Assembly: GCA_963727445.1 (NCBI GenBank)
Contig: CAVSGI010000005.1
Coordinates: 1 to 64,000, forward strand
Source: an uncultured delta proteobacterium
GTDB taxonomy: Bacteria > Myxococcota_A > Polyangia > Polyangiales > B10-G4
Reading direction: 5' to 3'
Length of the DNA: 64,000 nucleotides
The notes below the pieces were generated by a model that was not told the origin of the DNA, did no database searches, and was given only the letters and a program-made list of their open reading frames with translations. Made by a program: the position numbers and the translations under genes. Position 1 is the first letter of the stretch; each line of letters starts with the position of its first letter. Positions 20,037 to 30,122 of this stretch are shown here, in pieces.

Positions 20037-21079
20037 GCGGTCTCCTCGCGGACCTGGACTACGCGCTCCCCGAATCACAGATCGCGCAGGAGCCGCTGGC
20101 CGAGCGCGACGCGTCGCGGATGCTCGTCATGAAGCGAGGCGAGCTGGGCGTCGCCCATCGCGGGGTGAAGGACCTGCCCGGGGCGATCGATCGAGCGCTC
20201 TTCGTGCTCAACGACACCAAGGTGATCCGCGCGCGTCTTCGCGGGCACAAGCCGAGCGGCGGCAAGGCCGAGCTGCTCTTGCTCGAGCGCGAAGGCGACG
20301 CCGGAGGCGCGGTGGAGCGCTGGCGAGCGCTCGGGAAAGCGAACAAGCGCCTCGAGGCGGGCGCGACGATCCTCCTGGACGAGGGCGGCGCGCGCGCGGA
20401 GGTCGTCCGGCGAGGGGAGGGTGGCGAGCTGCTCGTCGACCTCCACACGGAAGGCGGCGTCGATTCGCTCCTGGCTTCGGTCGGCGAGGTGCCCCTTCCC
20501 CCATACATCCGGCGGGCGCCCGAAGCCGAGGACCTCGAGCGCTACCAGACGGTCTTCGCCCGGCACGAGGGGGCGGTCGCGGCGCCCACCGCGGGGCTCC
20601 ACCTGTCGGAGGCGCTCCTGGGCGCGCTCCGCGATCGAGGCCACGAGCTCGCGCACGTGACCCTCCACGTCGGGCCCGGGACCTTCGCGCCGGTGAAGAC
20701 CGAGCGCATCGAGGACCACGTGATGCACTCGGAGCGCTACGCGGTGCCCGAGACCACCGCCGAAGCGATCGCGCGGGCGCGCCGCGAGGGCCGGCCGGTG
20801 GTGGCGGTGGGCACGACGGTGGTGCGCACCCTCGAGGCGGTGGCGGCGGAGCGCGGCGAGGTCGTCGCGTGTGAAGGGAGCACGCGCCTGTTCATCCTTC
20901 CGGGTCACGAGTTTCGGGTGGTGGACGCGCTCTTCACGAACTTCCACCTCCCACGGTCCACGCTCCTGGCCCTGGTGATGGCGTTTGGTGGCGTCGCGCC
21001 CGTGAAGGCGGCATATGCAGAGGCCGTCGCCCGCGGATACCGCTTCTTCAGCTACGGCGACGCGATGCTTCTGACATGA
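20027..21079 (+). CDS. queA: S-adenosylmethionine:tRNA ribosyltransferase-isomerase
   Basis: VPLPPYI, YQTVFA, AAPTAGLH, TNFHLPRST, RFFSYGDAM. Confidence 0.97.
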   Translation: MALSGLLADLDYALPESQIAQEPLAERDASRMLVMKRGELGVAHRGVKDLPGAIDRALFVLNDTKVIRARLRGHKPSGGKAELLLLEREGDAGGAVERWRALGKANKRLEAGATILLDEGGARAEVVRRGEGGELLVDLHTEGGVDSLLASVGEVPLPPYIRRAPEAEDLERYQTVFARHEGAVAAPTAGLHLSEALLGALRDRGHELAHVTLHVGPGTFAPVKTERIEDHVMHSERYAVPETTAEAIARARREGRPVVAVGTTVVRTLEAVAAERGEVVACEGSTRLFILPGHEFRVVDALFTNFHLPRSTLLALVMAFGGVAPVKAAYAEAVARGYRFFSYGDAMLLT

Positions 21080-22239
21080 ACGACGCTCACGCCCTTTTCA
21101 CCGACGGCTTCCACTTCCAGGAGCTCGCGCGCGACGGGGAGGCGCGGCGCGGCCGTTTCACCACGCCGCGCGCAGTGATCGAGACGCCAACCTTCATGCC
21201 GGTGGGCACCCAGGCGAGCGTGAAATCGCTGACCCCGGACGAGGTCGCCGCCACCGGGGCGCGGATCTGTCTCGCCAACACCTACCATCTGTGGCTCCGC
21301 CCCGGGGCGGAGCTGGTCGATCGTTTCGGCGGCGTGGGCCGCTTCATGGCGTGGCCCTACGCGACGCTCACCGACAGCGGCGGCTATCAAGTCTTCTCTC
21401 TCGCCGAGCTCCGCAACATCGACGACGACGGCGTCACCTTCCGCTCGCATCTCGATGGCGCGAAGAAACGCCTCACTCCGGAGGAGTCGATGCGCGTGCA
21501 GGCGCTGCTGGGCTCGGACGTGGCCATGGTGCTCGACGTCTGCCCGCCTGGCGGCGCCTCGCGGGAGGTGGTGGAAGAGGCGATCCGCCGCACCACCGCG
21601 TGGGCCGGGCGCTGCCTGGCGGCGCCGAAGCGCCGAGGACAGGCGCGCTTCGGGATCGTGCAGGGCGCGGCCTACGAGGACCTGCGCACGAAGCATCTCG
21701 AGGAGATCGCCGCGATGGACTTCGACGGCGTGGCTCTGGGGGGCTTTTCGGTCGGGGAGCCGATCCCCGAGATGTACCGCGCGCTCTCCGCGGTGGCGCC
21801 ACGCATGCCGAAGGAGCGACCGCGCTATCTGATGGGCGTGGGCACGCCCTACGACCTGCTCCACGCGGTTGGCGCCGGCATCGACATGTTCGACTGCGTC
21901 CTTCCGACGCGGAACGCGCGCAACGGACAGGCCCTCACCTGGTCGGGGCGCGTGAACCTGCGCCAGGCCCGCCACCGCGAGGACGACTCCCCGCTCGATG
22001 CGCGCTGCGACTGCCTGACATGCACCACCTTCAGCCGCGGCTACCTCCGCCATCTCTTCTCGGCCAAGGAGATGCTCGGCCCCCGCCTCGCCAGTCTCCA
22101 CAACATCCACTTCTACGGCGCCTTGATGAAGGGCGCGCGCGCGGCGATCGAGGCCGGCACGTATGCTGGCTACGCGAAAGAGACGGCCGAGCGGATGCGC
22201 GAGGGGGACGAGATCGGGAAGGGCGAGCACAATGGCTGA
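21076..22239 (+). CDS. tgt: tRNA-guanine transglycosylase
   Basis: TPTFMPVGT, TDSGGYQVFSL, DMFDCVLPTR, CDCLTC. Confidence 0.97.
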   Translation: MNDAHALFTDGFHFQELARDGEARRGRFTTPRAVIETPTFMPVGTQASVKSLTPDEVAATGARICLANTYHLWLRPGAELVDRFGGVGRFMAWPYATLTDSGGYQVFSLAELRNIDDDGVTFRSHLDGAKKRLTPEESMRVQALLGSDVAMVLDVCPPGGASREVVEEAIRRTTAWAGRCLAAPKRRGQARFGIVQGAAYEDLRTKHLEEIAAMDFDGVALGGFSVGEPIPEMYRALSAVAPRMPKERPRYLMGVGTPYDLLHAVGAGIDMFDCVLPTRNARNGQALTWSGRVNLRQARHREDDSPLDARCDCLTCTTFSRGYLRHLFSAKEMLGPRLASLHNIHFYGALMKGARAAIEAGTYAGYAKETAERMREGDEIGKGEHNG

Positions 22240-22315
22240 GATGGGGCGCGTCGGCCCAGCCGCGTCTCGGCCGCGCATCTCCTACCGCGACGAAGAGTCC
22301 TAGAGGTGTGCCGCT

Positions 22316-22768
22316 TCAGGGTCCGGCGCGGACGATCACCACTCGGCCCCGCCGCTCGACGGCGGCGCCGTGCGCCCGCGCGAGGTCGAGCAGCGCCTCG
22401 TAGGCGTCCACCCGCACGAGCCGGTCGTTCACTCGCCCACTCACGCCGTCACCGATCACGAGGCTGAGGCCCGCCTCGTCGGCGAGGAAGCGCAGGACGT
22501 TGTGAATGTCGGCGTCGTCGAAGCGGGCGTCGATCAGGTGAGTGCGGAAGCTGTCGCGGCCGTCGGCGCGATGGCGTCTCGACCTCGGCGCGTCGCCCGG
22601 GTCCCCGCGGCGGACCCTCTGACTCTCGGGCGGCCGTGCTCCGCCTCCATCCCACGCCTCGATGTCGCCCTCACCGAGACGGCTCGCGCGTTGGGGCCGC
22701 GCATGCCCCGCGCCCCCGCCGCAGGCGAAGAGCAGAACGAGCACGGCCGCGGGCGCGTCGAGCTTCAA
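22316..22768 (-). CDS. Small lipoprotein carrying a stand-alone secretin N-terminal (PilQ N0/STN-like) domain
   Basis: LLFAC lipobox; IDARFDDADIHNVLRFLA...VSGRV pattern resembles the PilQ N-domain. Confidence 0.6.
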   Translation of the reverse strand: MKLDAPAAVLVLLFACGGGAGHARPQRASRLGEGDIEAWDGGGARPPESQRVRRGDPGDAPRSRRHRADGRDSFRTHLIDARFDDADIHNVLRFLADEAGLSLVIGDGVSGRVNDRLVRVDAYEALLDLARAHGAAVERRGRVVIVRAGP

Positions 22769-22777
22769 ACGGATCGG

Positions 22778-24118
22778 TCAGTCCATCGCGTGGGGGTTCA
22801 TGGCGAGCGCCTTCTCGCGCTCGCTCTCGGCGCGGGCGCTGTCGCCCTCGGCTTCGTAGATGCGGCTGGCGATGGCGTGGGCCGCGGGCGTGTCCCACGG
22901 GCTCTCGAGGACCTCGTCGATCACGCGCTTGGCGTCGTCGGTGCGCTCGGCGGCCAGGTAGGCCTCGGCGAGGATGGTCTTCGACTCGCCGTTGGGGCGG
23001 GCCTCGGCGTTCGCCTCGGCGAGCTCCACCGCGCGCGGGAAGTCCTCCTCGACCTCCAGCCAGTGACCGATGGCGTGGCCGTAGGCGGCCTCCGGGAACA
23101 TCTCGAGGCGGCTTTCCCAGCCCTCACGCGCCCGAAGCGTCAGCTCCCGGGCGCGCTCCGTCTCGCCCTTCTCCTTCAGGATGACGGCCAGAGCGTCGAT
23201 GAGCTCGGGGTTGCCGGTGCGCGCGACGACGCGCTCGTAGATCGGGATGGCCAGCTCGGTCTCGCCGCGCAGCGTGAGAATCTCGGCGATGTGCTCTTCG
23301 AGGAGCCAGCTCTCGGGCGTCAGCTCGAGGCCCGCGCGGTAGTGAGCGAGGGCGTCGTCCCAGGCCCCGCGCTCGAGACCGAAGAGGCCCCGCACCAGGC
23401 CGATCCACGCGCGCGTCTTGGCGCTCTCGGTGCGCGCCGCTTCTTGGGCTTCCTCGAGCAGGGTCGTCGCCGTCTCGTAGTCGCCCGTCTTCCAGTGGTA
23501 TTGAGCGAGAGCGACGAGGAGCGACGGGGTGCGGCGCCCCTCGAGGAGCGCCTCGTACCCCTGGCGCGCTTCCTCGTAGTGGCCGGAGTGGAAGGCGATG
23601 TCGGCGCGGAGCTGGGCGATGCTGCGCGCGGTGCCCGGGATGGGCACAGCGTAGTGATCGGTGGCGTCGAGGGCGGCGCTGGCGGCGCCCAGGCGGTGCA
23701 TCCCGTATTCGAAGGCGGCGAGCGTGAGGTGTGGGCCCGCGCCTTCGGGCGCGCGGGCGAAGGCGCGGTTCAGCGCGTCCTCGGCCTTCTGAAAGTCCGC
23801 CCAGTCGCCCGAAGCTCGCGCGCGATCGACGTAGCGGTTGGACGCGATCTGCAGGTGCAGCCAGTCGGTCTCGTCGTCAGCGGCGTGCGCTTCGGCAGCG
23901 GCGATGGCCTCGTCGATCTCGGCGAGCTCCGGATCGGTGGCGGCGTCTTCGTCGGTGACGTCGCCATCCTGAGCGCTTCCGTCCTGCGCCCCCGCGATGG
24001 GCGTGATGGACGTGTTGGGCGTCGTCGAGGAGTCCCTGCCGAGCACCCAGTACGCTCCGCTGGCGAGCCCGACGGCCAAGAGCCCCATCCAAATGAAACG
24101 CGCTTTTCCAGTATTCAT
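22778..24118 (-). CDS. Tetratricopeptide repeat protein (DUF4331-cluster associated)
   Basis: N-terminal TM/signal followed by successive TPR-like helices. Confidence 0.8.
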   Translation of the reverse strand: MNTGKARFIWMGLLAVGLASGAYWVLGRDSSTTPNTSITPIAGAQDGSAQDGDVTDEDAATDPELAEIDEAIAAAEAHAADDETDWLHLQIASNRYVDRARASGDWADFQKAEDALNRAFARAPEGAGPHLTLAAFEYGMHRLGAASAALDATDHYAVPIPGTARSIAQLRADIAFHSGHYEEARQGYEALLEGRRTPSLLVALAQYHWKTGDYETATTLLEEAQEAARTESAKTRAWIGLVRGLFGLERGAWDDALAHYRAGLELTPESWLLEEHIAEILTLRGETELAIPIYERVVARTGNPELIDALAVILKEKGETERARELTLRAREGWESRLEMFPEAAYGHAIGHWLEVEEDFPRAVELAEANAEARPNGESKTILAEAYLAAERTDDAKRVIDEVLESPWDTPAAHAIASRIYEAEGDSARAESEREKALAMNPHAMD

Positions 24119-24147
24119 CGCTTCCTCGACTTCAGGTGTTGTAGTCC

Positions 24148-24188
24148 AAAAGACAGCGAGCCGCCCTCCCGTCTCGAAGGGCGGCTCG
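24148..24188 (-). terminator. Probable intrinsic terminator/hairpin between DUF4331 lipoprotein and TPR gene
   Basis: CGAGCCGCCCT/AGGGCGGCTCG 11-bp stem followed by CTGTCTTTT on the minus strand; second hairpin at 24203-24222. Confidence 0.55.
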
Positions 24189-24229
24189 TGTCGTGTGTGG
24201 TGACGCCGTCGAACGACGGCGTGCGTTCG

Positions 24230-25204
24230 CTACGGGGTGTGCGCCGGCGCGAGGTAGGGGAAGGTGTCGCTGAAGGTGGCGTCGTTCGCCGTGGGGTTCA
24301 CCGGGACCTCGGCGAACGTCGTCGGGGTCTGACCGGTGGTGGTCATGTCGAGCAACAGGATGGCGAGGGTCACGTCCATCACCTGGTCCGGCAGCATGCG
24401 GCCGTTCGGGAAGCCCGCGTCGGCCGTGCCGTCGATCTGCAGGGTGTCCGGAATGACCAGGCTGACGGGCGTGATGCCGGTCGACGGGATGATGTCCTGT
24501 GCGACACAGGCAGGCACGCCGCCGATGAGGTCGGTCATGCTGCAGGGGGTGAGTGTGAGGCCGGTGATGTCGTCGTCGAGCGCCATGTGGAGCGCGTCGA
24601 GGGTCGCGATGATCTCGCCCGCGTACGCGCCGCCGCCCATGACGTCACCCGCCGGGTCGTCGTCGTTGTAGGTGTTCTTGGTGCCGCTGCTGATGAGCGC
24701 GGTGGACACGGCGGGCATGCCGATGCGGTCCACGCGGGTGTACATGTCGGCCGTCTCCACCCGATAGTCCACGCCGCCACAGACCTGCGCGCCGCTGGGG
24801 CCCGCGTGCGGGCAGTGGAACGCCGGGTCCATCGCCGCGGGTGCTCCCGCGTGATAGATGCGGCACTCGATGGAATTGCCGTCCATGTCGCCCTCGGTGC
24901 CGAGGGGCCAGCCCGCGGCCGCACAGTACGCTTCGCACTCTGCCTGATCGGCGTACTGCGGGTAGTCCCCACAGTTCACGGCGAGGGCGTCGCAGTAGCG
25001 CGTGCAGTCGGAGGGGACGCTGGTGTCGGCGGACGTGTCACCCATCATGCCGGTGTCGCCCATCATGCCCGTGTCACCGCCGCCGGTGTCACTGGTGCCA
25101 GTGTCCGCTGGGCCGGTGTCGCTCATGGTGCTGTCGTCACCACAGCCACCGAGGATCAGGCCCGAGAGGGCCATGGTCGCGAAGAGGATCTTCATCGTCT
25201 TCAT
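24230..25204 (-). CDS. Lipoprotein with Cys/His-rich domain fused to DUF4331 C-terminal half
   Basis: LGGCG lipobox; CTRYC...CRIYHA...HCPHAGP; DRIGMPAV, FPNGR, NDATFSDTFPYLA. Confidence 0.78.
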   Translation of the reverse strand: MKTMKILFATMALSGLILGGCGDDSTMSDTGPADTGTSDTGGGDTGMMGDTGMMGDTSADTSVPSDCTRYCDALAVNCGDYPQYADQAECEAYCAAAGWPLGTEGDMDGNSIECRIYHAGAPAAMDPAFHCPHAGPSGAQVCGGVDYRVETADMYTRVDRIGMPAVSTALISSGTKNTYNDDDPAGDVMGGGAYAGEIIATLDALHMALDDDITGLTLTPCSMTDLIGGVPACVAQDIIPSTGITPVSLVIPDTLQIDGTADAGFPNGRMLPDQVMDVTLAILLLDMTTTGQTPTTFAEVPVNPTANDATFSDTFPYLAPAHTP

Positions 25205-25207
25205 GGC

Positions 25208-25882
25208 TCAGCCTCCAATCCGTGCGGTGGACGCCCAGAGTCGAAGCGAGGTGCCGCCGGCCGCAGCTGCGGGGAGCGGGAACTCGAGGACGACCGCGGA
25301 GACGTTCTTGCCCGCGAAGAAATCGCGGTCGTTGACGAAGGAGAGCGTGCCCGACATCAGGGTGTTCTGGAAGCCGGTCAGGTCGAAGAAGAAGGGGTCG
25401 TCGTGCAGACCCGCGTAGACCATCGCGTCGGTGCCCTGGCGCATCAGGCCCACCGGCGCTTCGATCGGATCGGACTCACCCGGGATGTTCGACACCTGGA
25501 CGAAGCAGTTGCCCACGTCGTCCTTACCGAAGCGGGCCTCGATGTCGAAGTCGGGGGTGTTGTCGTCGTTGTTGTCGATGTGGATGGTGTAGAGAACGTC
25601 CCGATCGCAGGCGACGGCCTGGTCGGCCGCGGGATCGCTCGGACCGTCGAAGGTCAGGATCGTGACCACCGTGGCCGACGCCCCGGTGCCCTTGTGCCAA
25701 GCGTAGAGGTCGGCGATGTCCGCGGTCCGGTCAGCCCCCATCCCCGGGTCGGTCCGGGCGGGTGGATCGAGATGGTCTGCGGCCTGTACGTCGCGGGCCT
25801 CGAGCATCGATCCACCAACAGCGGCGGTGATGCCGAGACCGAGCGCGCTCAGCGCCAGCCAGAAGGCATGTTTTCTTCTCAT
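25208..25882 (-). CDS. DUF4331 family secreted protein (N-terminal half)
   Basis: AADHLDPP, DIADLYAW, AGLHDDPFFFD, DFFAGKNVSAVVLE. Confidence 0.85.
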   Translation of the reverse strand: MRRKHAFWLALSALGLGITAAVGGSMLEARDVQAADHLDPPARTDPGMGADRTADIADLYAWHKGTGASATVVTILTFDGPSDPAADQAVACDRDVLYTIHIDNNDDNTPDFDIEARFGKDDVGNCFVQVSNIPGESDPIEAPVGLMRQGTDAMVYAGLHDDPFFFDLTGFQNTLMSGTLSFVNDRDFFAGKNVSAVVLEFPLPAAAAGGTSLRLWASTARIGG

Positions 25883-25959
25883 ATCGAAAGCGGTCCTTTC
25901 CTCGTCACACGAAGAGCGAACGGATTGCGCCATAGCGCCGATCCCGTTTCAACCCCGGC

Positions 25960-26901
25960 TCACGTTTTCAGCAGAATCTTGAGGGAGCCACGCGTCCGAG
26001 CCTGCTCGAATGCCTGGATTCCCTCTTCGATGGGGTAGGTACGTGTGAGCAGCCGGGTCGGATCGATGGTTGCGCTCTCGATCGCGGAAATAGCCGGCGC
26101 GAAGCTTCCGCAGCGCGAGCCCACCACCGTCAGCTCGTCGATCACCACCTTGGCCGTATCCAGCTCGATAGCGCCGTGGAAGGTGCTCTTGAGGACGATC
26201 CTCCCGCGCGGCACGACGCGGGCGAGGGCCATTTCGAGGCCAGCGGGCGAGCCCGTCGCCTCGACCACCACCTCGAAGAGGCGATCGGGCGGCGACGTGC
26301 AGGTGGCGGCGACATCCGCGACGAGCGCGAGCTTTTCGGGATGATGACCCGAAACGGTGACTTCGAGCCCCTGCGCCGCGAGGACCCATGTGCAGAGGAG
26401 CCCCAGCTTTCCGTCGCCGAGGACGAGGACGCTCGTACCGGGCGCGAAGCGGAGCTGCTCCACGATCTCGAACGCGGCTGCGAGGGGCTCGGTGAAGACC
26501 GCCGCCTCGTCCGAGACCCCGTCTGGGACGAGGTGGAGGTTTTCGGTGGGGAGGGTGACGTACTCCGCGAAGCAGCCGTCCTTGCCGAGGATGCCCAGGA
26601 CCGTTCGCGTCGCGCAGTGGCGCCCGAGGCCGGCGGCGCAGCGCTCGCACTCGCCGCAGGCCAGGTTGATCTCGGAGGTGACGCGCCGTCCGACCATCGA
26701 CGGGTCGGGATGCGCTTCGACCACACCGACCATCTCGTGGCCGAGAATCCCCTCGAAGCCCATGTAGCCGCGCACGATCTCGAGGTCGGTGTTGCAGATC
26801 CCCGCCAGCGAGATCCGAACCAGGGCCTCGCCGAGACCTGGCTCGGGGATGGGGACGTCGCGCAGCAGAGGGGCGGTTCCGTCGAATGTCAGGGCTTTCA
26901 T
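25960..26901 (-). CDS. Zinc-dependent alcohol dehydrogenase (MDR family)
   Basis: GICNTD, GHEMVG, CGECERC...C, GDGKLG. Confidence 0.92.
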   Translation of the reverse strand: MKALTFDGTAPLLRDVPIPEPGLGEALVRISLAGICNTDLEIVRGYMGFEGILGHEMVGVVEAHPDPSMVGRRVTSEINLACGECERCAAGLGRHCATRTVLGILGKDGCFAEYVTLPTENLHLVPDGVSDEAAVFTEPLAAAFEIVEQLRFAPGTSVLVLGDGKLGLLCTWVLAAQGLEVTVSGHHPEKLALVADVAATCTSPPDRLFEVVVEATGSPAGLEMALARVVPRGRIVLKSTFHGAIELDTAKVVIDELTVVGSRCGSFAPAISAIESATIDPTRLLTRTYPIEEGIQAFEQARTRGSLKILLKT

Positions 26902-26965
26902 CGCGCCCGCACAATAGAGCCTGTGACGATGATGTGAAGCAAGTCACGCCGGATCGGGTGGGCCG

Positions 26966-26994
26966 TTGACTGGGCTCGGGGCGCGCGCTACCCG
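26966..26994 (+). promoter_or_regulatory. Putative sigma70 promoter of purH
   Basis: TTGACT-17 bp-TACCCG upstream of GGAAGG RBS. Confidence 0.45.
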
Positions 26995-27027
26995 ACTCGC
27001 GAACTCCTGGAAGGAAGGCTCCTTTTC

Positions 27028-28598
27028 ATGTCGAACGTCGCACGCGCACTGATTTCCGTTTCGGACAAGACCGGTGTGGTCGAGCTCGCCAAAGGGCTCT
27101 CCACGCGCAACGTCGAGATCCTCTCCACCGGCGGAACGGCGAAGGCCATCCGCGAGGCCGGCGTGGCGGTGCGCGACGTCTCCGAGTTCACCGAGTCGCC
27201 CGAGATCATGGACGGCCGGGTCAAGACCCTGCACCCGCGCGTGCACGGCGGGATCCTCATGCGGAGCTCGGATGCGGATCGCGAGGCGCTGTCGTCCATC
27301 GGCGGCGCGCCCATCGACCTGGTGGTGGTGAACCTCTACCCCTTCGAGCAGACCGTGGCGAAGCCCGATGCCAGCCACGAGCTCATCATCGAGAACATCG
27401 ACATCGGCGGGCCGACGATGGTGCGCTCGGCCGCGAAGAACCACGCACGTGTCACGGTGGTGGTGGACCCCGGCGACTATGGTGCCGTGCTCGAGGCCAT
27501 CGACGCCGGAGGTCCGGACGCCGCGATGCGCGCGCGTCTCGCCGCCAAGGCCTTCGGTCACACCGCGGCCTACGACGGCGCCATCGTCGGATACCTGACA
27601 TCGGTCGGTGAGGACGGAAGCCGCCAGCACTTCCCGGGCACCCTCAGCCTCACCTTCGACAAGGCCTACGACTGTCGCTACGGCGAGAACCCGCATCAGA
27701 AGGGTGCGTTCTACGTCGAGCGTGGCGCGCCCGCGGGCTCCCTCGCCCGCGCCGAGTCCCTCGGCGCCGGGGGCAAGGAGCTGAGCTTCAACAACCTCGT
27801 CGACATCGACGCCACCCTCGACGCGGTGCGCGAGTTCTCGGAGCGTCCGGCGGCGGTGGTGGTCAAGCACACCAACCCCTGCGGGGTCGCGGTCGCCGAC
27901 GAGCTCGGAGACCGCCTTCCGCACCGCGCGCGCGGCGGATTCGCGCTCAGCGCCTTCGGCGGCATCGTCGCCGTCAACCGCGCCGTCGACGAAGCCACTG
28001 CCAAGGCGGTCACCGAGACCTTCATCGAGTGCGTCATCGCGCCCGTCCTATCGACGAGGCCGCCCTCGCGGTGCTGCGCAAGAAGAAGAACCTCCGCATC
28101 CTCGCGACCGGCGAGTGGCTCGGCCCGGACCGCGGCGAGCTACACCTACAAGCGCGTCGGCGGCGGCATCGTGGTCCAGGACCGCGACGGCACGGGCGCC
28201 GGCGAGGTGCGCAACGGCCGCAGTCGTCACCGAGCGCGCGCCGACCGACGAGGAGCGTGCCGCCCTGGAGTTCGCGCTGGCGCGTCTGCAAGCACGTGAA
28301 GTCGAACGCCATCGTCTTCGCCAAGGAAGGCCGCACCGTCGGCGTCGGCGCCGGGCAGATGTCCGCGTGGTGAGCGTCGAGCTCGCCGCTCAGAAGGCCG
28401 GCGACGAAGCGAAGGGCGCGGTGATGGCGTCGGACGCCTTCTTCCCCTTCCCCGACGGCATCGAGGCCGCGGTCGCGGTCGGGCATCACCGCCGTCGTGC
28501 AGCCGGGCGGTAGCAAGAACGACGACAAGGTCATCGCGGCCGCCGACGCCGCTGGCATCGCCATGGTGATGACCGGCGTCCGGCACTTCCGGCACTAG
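27028..28598 (+). CDS. purH: Bifunctional AICAR formyltransferase/IMP cyclohydrolase (several frameshifts ~27.9-28.5 kb)
   Basis: [60 protein letters not shown]-terminus across frames. Confidence 0.95.
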
Positions 28599-28612
28599 AG
28601 GAAAGAGCGTCG

Positions 28613-29899
28613 ATGAAGGTACTGGTCGTAGGGCAGGGGGCGAGGGAGCACGCGCTCGCGCAGAGGCTCTCGAAGGACTCGGGGGTGAGCGCGGTCCTCT
28701 GCGCGCCGGGCAACGCCGGGACGGCGGCCTTCGCCGACAACCTCGACGTCAAAGCGACCGACGTCGCGGCCATCGTCGGTGCCGCGAAGGAGCGCGGGGT
28801 GGGCCTGGTGGTCGTCGGGCCCGAAGCGCCGCTGGTCGCGGGGCTGGTGGATGCGCTGGCAGAGGAAGGGATCCTCGCCTTCGGTCCGTCACGGGCGGCC
28901 GCCGAGCTCGAGGGCTCGAAGATCTTCGCCAAGGAGCTGATGGCGAAGAAGAAGGTCCCGACCGCGGCCTTTCGCGTCTTCGACGACGCGGGCGAAGCCG
29001 AGCGCTACGTCCGGGAGGCGGACCGGCCCCTGGTGGTCAAGGCCGACGGCCTCGCCGCCGGCAAGGGCGTGGTGGTGGCGGACGACGCCGACGAAGCGGT
29101 GGGCGCCATCGATCGCATCATGCGCCAGCGCGCCTTTGGCGACGCGGGCGCGCGGCTCCTGATCGAGGAGCGGATGAGCGGTCCCGAGGTGAGCTATCAC
29201 GTCGTCTGCGACGGCGAGCGCTACGTGGCGCTCGCGTCGGCGCAGGATCACAAGCGGGTCTACGACGGCGACCGCGGTCCCAACACCGGCGGCATGGGCG
29301 CGTACTCGCCGGCGCCCATGGTCACCGAGGCCGTGGAGCAGCGCATCCTCACGGAGGTGGTGGAGCCGACCCTCGCGGGGATGCGCGAGGCGGGCACCCC
29401 CTTTCGCGGCGTCCTTTTCGTCGGCTTGATGATCACCGACGAGGGCCCGCGGGTCCTCGAGTACAACGTGCGCTTCGGTGATCCGGAGTGCGAGACCCTG
29501 ATGACCCGCTGGAAGGGCGACGTGCTCCCGCTACTGCTCGGCGCAGCGAAGGGCGACCTCTCCGAGGTCACGCCCGCATGGGAAGCGCCCGCCTCGATGT
29601 GCGTGGTGATCGCCTCGGGCGGCTATCCGGGCAAGTACGCCGTGGGCAAGGCGATCGGTGGCCTCGAGACGGCGTCGTCGGTGGAGGGCGTGACCGTGTT
29701 CCACGCTGGCACCAAGACCGAAGGCGACGGCTACGTCACCGCAGGCGGACGCGTGCTCGCCGTCACCGCCATCGGAGACAGCGTCGACCAGGCCGCCGAG
29801 CGCGCCTACCGTGCCGTCGACGCGATCACGATCGAAGGCAAGCACTTCCGCGAGGACATCGGTTGGCAGGCGCGTTCGGCGCGCTCGAAGTCCTCCTGA
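28613..29899 (+). CDS. purD: Phosphoribosylamine-glycine ligase
   Basis: [38 protein letters not shown]. Confidence 0.97.
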   Translation: MKVLVVGQGAREHALAQRLSKDSGVSAVLCAPGNAGTAAFADNLDVKATDVAAIVGAAKERGVGLVVVGPEAPLVAGLVDALAEEGILAFGPSRAAAELEGSKIFAKELMAKKKVPTAAFRVFDDAGEAERYVREADRPLVVKADGLAAGKGVVVADDADEAVGAIDRIMRQRAFGDAGARLLIEERMSGPEVSYHVVCDGERYVALASAQDHKRVYDGDRGPNTGGMGAYSPAPMVTEAVEQRILTEVVEPTLAGMREAGTPFRGVLFVGLMITDEGPRVLEYNVRFGDPECETLMTRWKGDVLPLLLGAAKGDLSEVTPAWEAPASMCVVIASGGYPGKYAVGKAIGGLETASSVEGVTVFHAGTKTEGDGYVTAGGRVLAVTAIGDSVDQAAERAYRAVDAITIEGKHFREDIGWQARSARSKSS

Positions 29900-29904
29900 G
29901 GCGT

Positions 29905-30106
29905 TTCGCCTCGCGAATGGCGGAGCGGTACCGGGCGGACGCGCCCCACGTCACGATCACCGTCTCGGGCCGCGGATCCGCAACCGGCCTCGCCACCCTG
30001 ATCGAGGGGCGCGCGGACGTGGCCGACGCCTCTCGGCCGGCCACCGCCGAGGAGCGCGCTGCTGCGGACCCTGGCGGTCGAACCCGAAGTGCTCCTGATG
30101 GACGAT
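29905..30106 (+). pseudogene. Fused remnants of pstS (periplasmic phosphate-binding) and pstB (ABC ATPase)
   Basis: MAERY...TITVSGRGSATGLATLIEGRADVADASRP (PstS-like), then in another frame RTLAVEPEVLLMDD (PstB Walker-B region). Confidence 0.65.
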
Positions 30107-30122
30107 TCGCGGGAGTGCGGCA

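Noticed and set aside
20027..22239. Dpd-type DNA deazaguanine modification system
   Set aside because: tgt is a canonical bacterial tRNA enzyme paired with queA; no dpd genes are present
22370..26038. 1222-aa plus-strand ORF and other long shadow ORFs
   Set aside because: Antisense to well-supported genes; long stop-free shadow frames are expected at this GC content
26945..27027. ZTP (pfl) riboswitch upstream of purH, suggested by TGACTGG
   Set aside because: No downstream GCC...CGyCTGGGC element and too little space; TTGACT is better explained as a -35 hexamer
27028..28598. purH pseudogene or programmed frameshifting
   Set aside because: All catalytic motifs are retained, purD is intact and no slippery sequences were noticed; sequencing error is more likely
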